A stretch of 64,000 bases of DNA, taken from Methanobacteriota archaeon. GTDB taxonomy: Archaea; JAADCQ01; Methanopyri; Methanopyrales; Methanopyraceae. Numbering within the stretch: position 1 is the first letter of the stretch; the number at the start of each line of letters is the position of its first letter. The notes below the pieces were generated by a model, which ran no database searches, had not been told where the DNA came from, and was given only the letters and a program-made list of their open reading frames with translations. Positions 51,898-60,100 of the stretch are shown piece after piece. Position numbers and translations under genes: made by a program. The stretch covers positions 128,001 to 192,000 of the forward strand of contig JAMOPO010000015.1 of assembly GCA_027064425.1 (NCBI GenBank), given 5' to 3'.

Positions 51898-52142
51898 CCC
51901 GGCGCCTCCTCGACCGGCTGGACCAGTACCTCCGCACCCTCCCCGACCTCATCGAGCGCGCCGAGCCGGTGACCCTCGAGGGAGAGGAGCTCCTCGACCT
52001 CGCCGAGCGGTACTACCACGACGGTCGGTACTACCTCGCCCACGACCAGCCCGTCGAGGCCTTCGCCTGCCTCTCCTACGCCTGGGCCCTCCTCAAGGCG
52101 GGGAAGGAGGCGGGGATGCTCGAGCTGGAAGGAGAGGTATGA
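51831..52142 (+). CDS. DUF357 family protein (start uncertain)
   Basis: AERYYHDGRYYL...VEAFACLSYAWALL.AG. Confidence 0.8.
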   Translation: MSGGDRDELVRAVERRGDSHKIARRLLDRLDQYLRTLPDLIERAEPVTLEGEELLDLAERYYHDGRYYLAHDQPVEAFACLSYAWALLKAGKEAGMLELEGEV

Positions 52143-52193
52143 TGACTGTCATCCCGGCCGACGGAACGGATGACGAGGACCACCCGGCCGACC
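52136..52193 (+). ncRNA. C/D box sRNA overlapping the DUF357 stop codon
   Basis: ATGATGA-ctgtcatcccgg-CCGA...ATGACGA-ggaccacccgg-CCGA. Confidence 0.78.
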
Positions 52194-52202
52194 CGCCGAC
52201 CC

Positions 52203-52229
52203 ATATCGTTACGAACCTCGTAACGATTC
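52203..52229. repeat. 27-bp palindromic element, copy 3 (downstream of tRNA-Gly)
   Basis: ATATCGTTA-CGAACCTCG-TAACGATTC. Confidence 0.8.
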
Positions 52230-52233
52230 CGGG

Positions 52234-52309
52234 TGGTGCGGCCGCCGGGATTTGAACCCGGGCCACGGGCTCGGCAGGCCCGCGTCCTACCAGACTAGAC
52301 TGCGGCCGC
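52234..52309 (-). tRNA. tRNA-Gly(GCC), genomic C8, encoded CCA
   Basis: GCGGCCG-C-A-GTCT...CGGGC-CT-GCC-GA-GCCCG...TTCAAAT...CGGCCGC-ACCA. Confidence 0.97.
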
Positions 52310-52337
52310 GCCTCCAGGCACGCGCACTCCAACCCGA

Positions 52338-52997
52338 CTAAATATCTTTTTCGGCCTCCCGCAGCGCCGACTCGATCGCCGACTCCGCCTCCCCCACCAC
52401 CTCGAACCCGTGCCCCGGGAAGATCGACTCCACACCCACCGCCAGCAACCGCTCCAACGACTCGCACAGCCGCTCCCGATCCCCGCCCGGCAGATCCCAG
52501 CGACCCGGCCCGAACCCGAACACCGTATCCCCCGTGAACGCCACGTCCTCCACCAAAAAGCAGCAACTCCCCGGCGAGTGCCCCGGCGTGTGCAGCACCC
52601 GCACCTCCACCTCCCCCACCTCGATCACGTCCCCGTCCCGGAACGTGAACGACGGATCGAACGCCGGCATCGACTCCCCGAACAGGTACGCCGCCGACCT
52701 CCGATCATCCCCCTCCCGCAGCACCTCCGCCTCCGCCGGATGAATGCCCACCCTCCATCCCCGCTCCAGCGCCCGCGGTCCCGCCGCCGCGTGATCGTAG
52801 TGCGAGTGCGTCAGCACAACCCCCACGATCTCAACGTCACCGACCTCCCGAACCACCTCGCCCGTCGCCCCCACGTCCACCAGCAGCCCCTCCTCACCCG
52901 ACCGCAGCAGGTAGCAGTTGCAGTCCGGTGCCGGCGTCACTCCCTTACCGCCCACCCTGTACACCGAGAACTCCTCGCACGAGTACACCTCCAGCAA
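52338..52997 (-). CDS. MBL-fold hydrolase (glyoxalase II-like)
   Basis: THSHYDH, HTPGHSPG, FTGD, PGHG. Confidence 0.9.
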   Translation of the reverse strand: MLEVYSCEEFSVYRVGGKGVTPAPDCNCYLLRSGEEGLLVDVGATGEVVREVGDVEIVGVVLTHSHYDHAAAGPRALERGWRVGIHPAEAEVLREGDDRRSAAYLFGESMPAFDPSFTFRDGDVIEVGEVEVRVLHTPGHSPGSCCFLVEDVAFTGDTVFGFGPGRWDLPGGDRERLCESLERLLAVGVESIFPGHGFEVVGEAESAIESALREAEKDI

Positions 52998-53001
52998 GGG
53001 G

Positions 53002-53865
53002 GTGCCCCCCATCCGACCCGAGAGGCTCGCCCACCGCGCCGTCAAAAAAGCCCTCGAGCGCACCGTCTTCGACCCCGACGCCTGGATCCACGTGACCACC
53101 GTCTCCAACGACACCATCCACATTCACGTCCTCACCAACCAGCGCCGCAACGTCGAGGGCAAGGGCGGCCGCAACCGCCAGTACCTCGAGGGCTACGTCG
53201 AGGGCTACCTCGCCGCCCACGACCACCACGCCCGCGTCCACGTCAGCGTGATCAACGCCGGCCTCCGCGACGAGACCGAGGAGTTCCGCTACCTCCCCCT
53301 CGAGCGCGCCCTCAAGGAGGGCGTCCTCGACGAGAACCACCCCATCTGCCGAACCTGCCGCGAGCTCGACATCCCCTACGTCGTCCTCGGCGCCCGCGAG
53401 ATCGTCGGCCCCAACCCCGTCCTCCCCGAGCTCGTCCAGGAGACCGAGGGAGAGCGCGCCGTCGACCTCTTCACCGGCACCGGAGCCGCCGCACTCGCCG
53501 CCGCCCGCGCCGGTTACGACGAGATCTACGCCATCGACGCCAAGATTCACCCCGACGTGCGCGAGCGCCTCGAGAGCGAGGGCATCGAGGTAATCGAGAC
53601 CGACTTCCGCGACCTCGACCTCCGCGAGCTCGAGCCCATCGACCTCCTCACCGCCGACCCACCCTACGCCTCCGCCCTCGAGCTCCTCAAGAAGCTGGAG
53701 GAGGAGCGGCCCCGCGTCCGCACCGCCATCATCGCCCACGGCTTCACCGGCTGGGTCCGAGCCGTCCGCGAGATCCGCGGCTACCTCCTCGAGCTGTTCC
53801 GGGAGGTGGAGCCCGTCTCCAGGCACGGCCACGAGCTCAGCGTCTGCCGCGAGCTAAAGCGCTGA
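53002..53865 (+). CDS. SAM-dependent methyltransferase with amino-MTase DPPY motif
   Basis: VDLFTGTG and ADPPY; start uncertain. Confidence 0.8.
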   Translation: MPPIRPERLAHRAVKKALERTVFDPDAWIHVTTVSNDTIHIHVLTNQRRNVEGKGGRNRQYLEGYVEGYLAAHDHHARVHVSVINAGLRDETEEFRYLPLERALKEGVLDENHPICRTCRELDIPYVVLGAREIVGPNPVLPELVQETEGERAVDLFTGTGAAALAAARAGYDEIYAIDAKIHPDVRERLESEGIEVIETDFRDLDLRELEPIDLLTADPPYASALELLKKLEEERPRVRTAIIAHGFTGWVRAVREIRGYLLELFREVEPVSRHGHELSVCRELKR

Positions 53866-55522
53866 CCGATACCACCCGATCGACCACCCGACCACCCGGC
53901 AGGCAGCGCTCACGCACGAACCGCTCGAACGAGCCCCCTCCTCCCCGGGACCGGTGCCGCAGGAACGCGCCCGCCCACAGCCCGCGCGCCCGCTTCCGCA
54001 GCGAGTACTCGAAGGGAACCCGGGTCAGGAACCGCTCCGCGCGCTCGCCACGGAGCTCCATACTGAAAACGAGCCGATTCTCACCTGATGACGTCTCGTA
54101 AGTCCCGCCTCTGGAGACCACCGCACGTGCGCCGACTACTTTGTTCAGCACCTCATTAACTCCCTCCAGGATGCAAGGAGGGTCCTCGAACGGTGATGCT
54201 TGGGCAATGCCCACCCTCACGTCCCCCCTGTCAGTCACCGACACCCATCCATCGGCACCGAAGAACCCGGCCAGGAACTCCAACGCGACCCTATCAGGGC
54301 CGCGGCGAATCCACTCGGCCACCTCAGTCTTACCCGCCTTCCGGCCCTCCGGCACCCCGAGCTCCCGCAGCAGCGCCGCGAACCCCTCCGAGTGCACGGC
54401 TACCTCCACCGCATCCCTATCCTCGTACTCGTACCTCACCGGCGAGAGGCCCAACGTCCCGAGGTCTCGCTCCAGCCAACGCAGTCCCGCCGGCTCCCCG
54501 TAGAACTTGACCACGTCCCGCTCCAAGTGACCGTCGCCCACCGCGTAGCCCACGATCCTCGCCAGCGCCGGGATCGCCGGATCCTCCCACCGCAGCGGCA
54601 GCAGATCCAGATCCCGCAGGAACTCGAGGGCACCGTCCGAGGCGTCAACGGCCGACAGCAACACACCCCGCCGATCCACCGCTGGGGGAACCTCCACCGG
54701 GTACAGCACGACCCGATCCCCCGGCTCGAGGTCACCCAACCGGCGCTCGCCCTCCGGGGTGAGAACGCGCTGACCCTCCGGGCCCGCGAGCTCGAACCCC
54801 AGCCTGGTGCCCACGACCACGCCGGCGCCCCGGTCTCCGGCGAGACTGGCCGCCCCGTTCCACCGAGCCGGCCACCGCGCCGACAGCCTCGCCTCCCGCC
54901 GAGCGAGCTCTTCCAGAACCAACCGGGCCCGCTCCTCCCGGGGATTGTAGCGGAACCGGACCCGCGAGAGGAACCGGAGCAGGTCGCGCCGACCGCGCAC
55001 CAGCACCTCCACCCGAGCGTACCGGTAGCGCCCGGAGGAGACCGGAGACAGCCCCACCACCTCCGCGCTCACGCCCAGCGAGTCGAGCAGCTTGAGGACG
55101 TCAAGCGCCAGGAAGATCAGGCCACCCTCCCGATCCGCCCGCGCCCGAAGCTCCAGCCGCACCGGCCGAGGACGACCTCCGTCGAACCCGAGCACCTCCC
55201 CGCGCACGCTGTAGAGCCCGGCCAGCAGCTCACGCGCCGCGCTCGGATCCTCGAACACCCAGCCCGGGATCCGACCCGTGTCCGGGGACGCACCGGCCAC
55301 GGCCAGCGCGCTCAGGAGGCGAGCGTCCCGTGACTCCACGCTCGTCCACCGCTTGCCCCGCCGCACTGATGGGCTCACGCCGAACCGGCGCAGGTCCTCG
55401 AGGAGCTTCTGCGCCCCCTCGTTGGGCACCGAGAGGCGCACGCGCGACCGGTCGCCCTCACGGAGCGTTCCCCTGCCCAGCAGCACTCCGAGTAGCCTGG
55501 CGAGGACGAGCTCCAACTCCAT
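53837..55522 (-). CDS. Free-standing intein-derived protein with two LAGLIDADG (DOD) domain pairs and Hint remnants
   Basis: LARLLGVLLGRG, ELLAGLYSVRG, LARIVGYAVGDG, EFLAGFFGADG; Hint-like GTRLGFELAGPEGQRVLTPEG..RLGDLEPGDRV; SD GAGGTG + ATG. Confidence 0.8.
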   Translation of the reverse strand: MELELVLARLLGVLLGRGTLREGDRSRVRLSVPNEGAQKLLEDLRRFGVSPSVRRGKRWTSVESRDARLLSALAVAGASPDTGRIPGWVFEDPSAARELLAGLYSVRGEVLGFDGGRPRPVRLELRARADREGGLIFLALDVLKLLDSLGVSAEVVGLSPVSSGRYRYARVEVLVRGRRDLLRFLSRVRFRYNPREERARLVLEELARREARLSARWPARWNGAASLAGDRGAGVVVGTRLGFELAGPEGQRVLTPEGERRLGDLEPGDRVVLYPVEVPPAVDRRGVLLSAVDASDGALEFLRDLDLLPLRWEDPAIPALARIVGYAVGDGHLERDVVKFYGEPAGLRWLERDLGTLGLSPVRYEYEDRDAVEVAVHSEGFAALLRELGVPEGRKAGKTEVAEWIRRGPDRVALEFLAGFFGADGWVSVTDRGDVRVGIAQASPFEDPPCILEGVNEVLNKVVGARAVVSRGGTYETSSGENRLVFSMELRGERAERFLTRVPFEYSLRKRARGLWAGAFLRHRSRGGGGSFERFVRERCLPGGRVVDRVVSVSALARGRR

Positions 55523-55608
55523 CGCGAGCACCTCTCGAGACCGCGTTCGGCCGGGCGTAAGCGGAGAACGATGCGGACTGACCGCCCCCTCCGGGCTGCG
55601 ATCCGGAA

Positions 55609-55635
55609 ACAACGTTTTGAGTCTCATAACGATTT
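55609..55635. repeat. 27-bp palindromic element, copy 4 (downstream of tRNA-Phe)
   Basis: ACAACGTTT-TGAGTCTCA-TAACGATTT. Confidence 0.7.
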
Positions 55636-55644
55636 GCGGCTTTT

Positions 55645-55753
55645 TGGTGCCGCGGCCGGGATTTGAACCCGGGCCCACCGGATGGCCGAGGCCCCGCGGA
55701 CGACCCGCGGGGCCTCTTCAGTCCGGCGCTCTCCCAGGCTGAGCTGCCGCGGC
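55645..55753 (-). tRNA. tRNA-Phe(GAA) with 32-nt 37/38 intron (55684-55715), genomic C8, encoded CCA
   Basis: GCCGCGG-C-A-GCTC...CCGGA-CT-GAA-G[intron]A-TCCGG; BHB helix CTGA/TCGG with AGA and CCA bulges. Confidence 0.96.
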
Positions 55754-55848
55754 CTCGCATCGGGGCCGTCGGGGGCGGCCCGCTTTGCCTATTTAACTTT
55801 GTCGGCCGGTGGGGGCCGCGGTCGATCGGGGCGCGGGGGCGCGGGTCA

Positions 55849-56943
55849 TTGTACCTGACGAGGGAGGAGGAGCGGATCCTGGACGGCGAGGAGGGGGAGC
55901 TGAAGGCGCGGCTGTTGGAGGTGCTGGTGAAGCTGGGGGAGACGTTCGGCGCGGAGCGGTTGGTGAGGCCGGCGTCGGTGCACGTGTCGGGGGTGTCGTA
56001 CAAGACGATCGGGGATGCGGGGCTGCGGTTCCTGCGGCGGGTGGCGGAGGAGGGGCTGCGGGTGGAGGTGCCGACGAGCGTGAACCCGTGCGGGATCTGC
56101 CTGGAGGGTAACTTGAAGGTGGACGAGGGGTTCGAGCGGCGGCAGCGGGAGATCCTGGAGGCGCTGGAGTCGTTGGGCGCGGCGCCGGTGTACACCTGCG
56201 CGCCGTACCAGCAGGGGTTCCAGCCGTCGGTGGGTGACGTGCTGGCGTGGGGGGAGTCGTCGGCGGTCTTCGTGGCGAACACGTGGTTCGGGGCGCGGGC
56301 GAACCGGGAGGGGGCGCCGGCGACGGTGGCGGCGGCGGTCACGGGGCGGGTCCCGGAGTACGGGCTGCACCTGGAGGAGAACCGGGTGGCGGAGTACGAG
56401 GTGGTCGTGGAGTTCGAGCCGCGGAACGACTTCGAGTGGTCGGCGCTGGGGTACTGGCTGGGGGAGGCGGTGGACGGGATCCCGGTGCTGAGGCTGCCGG
56501 TGCGGCCGTCGCTGTCGAACGTGAAGTACCTGGGGGCGGCCGCGGCGGCGTCTGGGGCGCTGGCGATGGCGTACATCCCGGGGGTGACGCCGGAGGAGCC
56601 GCGGGTGGACGATCCGGAGCGGGTTGAGGTGGAGCGGGAGGACGTGCTCGATCTGGTGGAGTCGCGGTTCGGGAGGGAGCGGGAGGGGCTGGCGTTCACG
56701 GGGTGCCCGCACCGGGTGGACGGGGAGGCGTTCCGGTTCCGCGGGTGCGACTGCTACGTGTGCTGCCCGGCGAACGCGGTGTTCGAGGGCAGGGTGCTAC
56801 GGGGTACCTGCCCGGTGGTCGCGCCGATCGAGGAGGTGTGCGACGCGGTGTACACGGACTCGCTGAAGGCGGCGCACTACCTGGCGTCGCGGGTGGAGGT
56901 GAACGTGGGCCCGCTGGGGCCAGAAAACGATAAAAGTGAGTGA
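55849..56943 (+). CDS. Aconitase X catalytic subunit (DUF521; phosphomevalonate dehydratase large subunit-like)
   Basis: YLTREEE.ILDGE.G, HVSGVSYKTIGDAG, TCAPY, AWGESSA, GCPH, TCPVVAP, TDSLKAAHY. Confidence 0.9.
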   Translation: MYLTREEERILDGEEGELKARLLEVLVKLGETFGAERLVRPASVHVSGVSYKTIGDAGLRFLRRVAEEGLRVEVPTSVNPCGICLEGNLKVDEGFERRQREILEALESLGAAPVYTCAPYQQGFQPSVGDVLAWGESSAVFVANTWFGARANREGAPATVAAAVTGRVPEYGLHLEENRVAEYEVVVEFEPRNDFEWSALGYWLGEAVDGIPVLRLPVRPSLSNVKYLGAAAAASGALAMAYIPGVTPEEPRVDDPERVEVEREDVLDLVESRFGREREGLAFTGCPHRVDGEAFRFRGCDCYVCCPANAVFEGRVLRGTCPVVAPIEEVCDAVYTDSLKAAHYLASRVEVNVGPLGPENDKSE

Positions 56944-56966
56944 CCGCGGGGTAGGCACGGACGCGA

Positions 56967-57044
56967 GGGGCCGTGGGGTAGCCTGGTCTATCCTTCCGGC
57001 TTTGGGGGCCGGAGACCCCGGTTCAAATCCGGGCGGCCCCACCA
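56967..57044 (+). tRNA. tRNA-Pro(TGG), genomic T8, encoded CCA
   Basis: GGGGCCG-TG-GGGT...CCGGC-TT-TGG-GG-GCCGG...TTCAAAT...CGGCCCC-ACCA. Confidence 0.97.
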
Positions 57045-57051
57045 ATCCCGC

Positions 57052-57078
57052 GAATTGTTACGAGTTCCTTAACGATCG
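57052..57078. repeat. 27-bp palindromic element, copy 5 (downstream of tRNA-Pro)
   Basis: GAATTGTTA-CGAGTTCCT-TAACGATCG. Confidence 0.8.
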
Positions 57079-57079
57079 C

Positions 57080-57790
57080 GCCGTGAGGCGTTGGGAGGGG
57101 CGGGAAAAGCCAGCACCCGCCGCCTCCACCCGAGCTTTCGGGGGGCGTCGAGGCGGGGTCGCCGATCGCCCCGTCGCCGAGGACGATGATCGTCGGGGCG
57201 ACGATGACCACCGTCACGGCGCTCTTCAGGCCGAGCTCCCCGAGCACGGAGAGCATAACCGACGCCCTGAGGCTGCGAGCCGTAGCGCGGTAGCGGCTAG
57301 CTTCGGGTTGGCGCGGATCCTGTGCGAGGTGGGCTCTAACCCGCCCAGCCGGGGGCATTGTAGCACCCGTCCTGACGCGGGCTGACCGGTGCGCGCGGCG
57401 CTCCGGGCGCGTCCCGTCGTGCTGGATCCGCCGACCGCCCGCGGACGCCGCGATCCGCACGTCACCTCCTTCTCGCAGGCTCCCAGGGCCGAGGGAGATC
57501 TCAGCGAGCGTGGTCCCGCGGTACGGCGGGGGCGACGATGCGACGGTGGGCCAGCTCGGACCGGTGATCCCGGCCGTGCCGGGCTCGCTCGCGGGCAGCC
57601 TCGCGGTCTCCTCGCCCTCAGCGTCGGCCGCGACCACGGTCAGCTCGAGTACCCGGAGCGCCTCACTAGGGTCCGGTTCGCGATTCAGGGTGCGGCTGCG
57701 GGGCGACGGTGACCTGGGTGAGCGGGAGGATGGCCGGGCCCGTGCCCGGCTCTCGTCCCTCCGGTTCGGCTGAGTGTTGGTGGAGCCAGC
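57080..57790 (-). pseudogene. Possible decayed surface-protein gene
   Basis: Patchy beta-strand-like segments and a GGGGG-CWLFPPLP tail; no convincing start. Confidence 0.25.
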
Positions 57791-57792
57791 GG

Positions 57793-58632
57793 TCAGCCGG
57801 AGGCCAGCTTGGGCAGGCGGAGGATCCGGGTGGCTCGCGTCAGTTCGCGAATCCTCCACTTGGGCTTGCCGATGACGGCGCGCTGGGCCTCGCGCCACCT
57901 GTACGTGAGCCGCGCGCGCCAGGAGTCGGTCCGCTGGGCCTCGGAGCGGTAGTTGTCCTGCGGCGCCATCAGGATCGGCTTGTCCGGCTCCTCCAGTGGG
58001 TTCACCTCGGCCCACTCGGCGAGGGCCCTGAGGGCGTCGAGTCCGCGCTCGGTCACCGGGAACTCGATGGTCTCCTCGAACTTCTCGACGCGGAGTCGCG
58101 GCTCCTCCGGCGTGGTGGTCAGCCAGTCCTCGCCGGGGCAGACGTCGCGCCAGCGCATGCGAACGAGGTCCATGACGCTGACGCCGGACTCGACGATGGT
58201 CCGGAAGGGCGCCCACCAGGATGCGTCCTTGTTTTCTTTTGCCCACTCCTCGATCAAATCTACTTTACTTAAAATCTCCTTAGCCTCCTCCTCGGTCATC
58301 TCGGGGGAGGCCGGCGACCCGTACGCCTTCACGGTGAGCACGATCATGGGGTCGCGGTCCACGGCCTTCAGGGCCTTGGTGAAGGCGTACCAGCACAGCC
58401 GGCCCATCTCGTGGTCCAGCTCCATGTTCTCGACCTTGTCAACGAGCAGCCGGCGCAGCTGCCTGGCGACCTCGACGATCTCCTCGTTGTCGGCCTCCTC
58501 GAGCCACCGGAGCGGCTCCTCGTCGATGATCTCTGAGAGGAACTCGTCCAGCCTCCTCAGGGCGAACCGGTACGAGTGCCGGGTGTTATCGTTCTCCACG
58601 TCCAGCTGGTCGGCCAGGACCTCGAGGGACAT
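57793..58632 (-). CDS. Tyrosine recombinase (Xer/integrase)-fold protein lacking catalytic residues
   Basis: NTRHSYRFALRRLDEF (core-binding domain), MTEEEAKEIL, TIVESGVSVMDLVRMRWRDV (box I with R->S); ends before box II Tyr. Confidence 0.7.
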   Translation of the reverse strand: MSLEVLADQLDVENDNTRHSYRFALRRLDEFLSEIIDEEPLRWLEEADNEEIVEVARQLRRLLVDKVENMELDHEMGRLCWYAFTKALKAVDRDPMIVLTVKAYGSPASPEMTEEEAKEILSKVDLIEEWAKENKDASWWAPFRTIVESGVSVMDLVRMRWRDVCPGEDWLTTTPEEPRLRVEKFEETIEFPVTERGLDALRALAEWAEVNPLEEPDKPILMAPQDNYRSEAQRTDSWRARLTYRWREAQRAVIGKPKWRIRELTRATRILRLPKLASG

Positions 58633-58705
58633 TTAACCGGACCCCCGGGCGCGGGTCGACCGAGCTGGGAATGAGATATTTTTTCCGGGAAGGGCGAGCG
58701 GGGGG

Positions 58706-59596
58706 TTGAGCGTGGCTGAATCCGTGGAGCTATATCACGGGGATTTGTACTCGATAGCCTACAGGGCGGAGCTCGACAAGTTCCTGCCGGTGATCGGGCG
58801 GGCTAGGATCACGCCGGCGGAGCTGGCCCTGGCCGGCCTGCTGAGGAAGGGTTACAGGGTCGTGGTGAAGACGCTGGAGGGCAAGCAGCTGCCCGGCCGG
58901 CGGCGGATCGAGCTGGCCAGCGAGGTCAAGGACCTGACGGGCCGGTTCGTCGAGGAACTCGTCGAGTCGAAGCGGGCGCACCACCTGCGGCTCTCGGCCC
59001 GGTGCCTGGGGGCCCCGGTCACGCTGGAGTACGAGCCGGACTGGACGGTGAAGGTGGGTGGCCGGCACGAGGTCGACCCGGAGCGGCTGCACAAGAACCG
59101 GGCGCTGGTCAAGCTGCTGGAGTTCGTTTCAGAGCACGAGGTGGAGTTCCCGGACGTGGTCATCGACCTGGGGGCCGCCCCGGGCGGATGGTCTTCGTTC
59201 GCCGCGCAGGTCGCCGAGCACGTGATCTCGGTGGACCCGGCCCGGCTGGAGGAGCGGGTGAAGGAGCTGGAGAACGTGCACCATCTGCGCGTGACCATCC
59301 AGGAGTTCGCGCTCCCGGACATGGTGAGCGCGGCGTTCCCCGGTGAGAACGCGTGCCTGCTGTCCGACGTGTACTCGGGCGACCCGGAGGAGGACCTTTA
59401 CGGGGTGCTCCGCGTCCTGGAGAACGTGAACCTGAAGATCGAGTGGGCGCTGATCAAGGTCGCCCCCACGGACGAGGCGGAGGGCGTGGTCGAGTGGTTC
59501 CGGGAGGAGGCGGAGGACCTGGGGTTCGAGTCGGAGGAGGTGGAGCTCGAGTCGGCGAGCTCTAACGAGACCTTCCTCTACCTGACACGAGGGTAG
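58706..59596 (+). CDS. FtsJ/RlmM-like RNA 2'-O-methyltransferase
   Basis: RALVKLLE, VIDLGAAPGGWS, SVDPA, LSDV, NETFL. Confidence 0.82.
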   Translation: MSVAESVELYHGDLYSIAYRAELDKFLPVIGRARITPAELALAGLLRKGYRVVVKTLEGKQLPGRRRIELASEVKDLTGRFVEELVESKRAHHLRLSARCLGAPVTLEYEPDWTVKVGGRHEVDPERLHKNRALVKLLEFVSEHEVEFPDVVIDLGAAPGGWSSFAAQVAEHVISVDPARLEERVKELENVHHLRVTIQEFALPDMVSAAFPGENACLLSDVYSGDPEEDLYGVLRVLENVNLKIEWALIKVAPTDEAEGVVEWFREEAEDLGFESEEVELESASSNETFLYLTRG

Positions 59597-59936
59597 TCCC
59601 CTCGTGGCGGTACGGGGGCGAGCACACGCACAGGATGCGCATCGGCTCGGTGCCCTCGTTCCGGACCCAGTGCACGGTGCCGCGCGGGATCTCCACGCAG
59701 TCCTCGGGACCAACCTCCAGCGCCCGGTCGTCCAGGTAGACCGTGCCCCGACCCTCAAGGATCCAGTAGACCTCATCGAACTCGTGGTAATGAGGTCGCG
59801 TGGACTCCCCCGGTGGGATCACCGCCACCGCCAGGCTCATGCCCTTGATCTCCGAGAACTCGGGCCTCACGAGCTCGTACACCAGCGATCCGTCCAGGGT
59901 CTCGTAGGGTTCCACGTCGCGCGGGTTCCTGCGCAA
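59562..59936 (-). CDS. Cupin domain protein
   Basis: PHYHEFDEVYWILEG, IPRGTVH, CSPPY. Confidence 0.9.
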   Translation of the reverse strand: MRRNPRDVEPYETLDGSLVYELVRPEFSEIKGMSLAVAVIPPGESTRPHYHEFDEVYWILEGRGTVYLDDRALEVGPEDCVEIPRGTVHWVRNEGTEPMRILCVCSPPYRHEGTTLVSGRGRSR

Positions 59937-59944
59937 GGACCCGG

Positions 59945-60007
59945 CCCCGATGACGAGACGGGTGAGCGGTGAGCGCGGCGATGATCGGTCCGTCCATTGC
60001 CGAGGGG
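59945..60007 (+). ncRNA. C/D box sRNA
   Basis: cccc-gATGACGA-gacgggtgagcg-GTGA...gATGATC-ggtccgtccattg-CCGA-gggg. Confidence 0.75.
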
Positions 60008-60008
60008 A

Positions 60009-60068
60009 TGATCGGCGAAAGGGAGTTTCGTCATCCGCGGGGTCGGCGTCGGGAGCCCCTCCTCATTA
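60009..60068 (-). ncRNA. C/D box sRNA, convergent with the previous one
   Basis: aATGAGGA-ggggctcccgacg-CCGA...gATGACGA-aactccctttcg-CCGA. Confidence 0.75.
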
Positions 60069-60100
60069 ACGCCTCCGAACCGCCGCGGCGCGCGGGTCGC

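Noticed and set aside
57010-58700. Integrated element (provirus or plasmid) at tRNA-Pro
   Set aside because: No direct repeat of the tRNA 3' end was seen, there are no other mobile genes, and the recombinase lacks catalytic residues.
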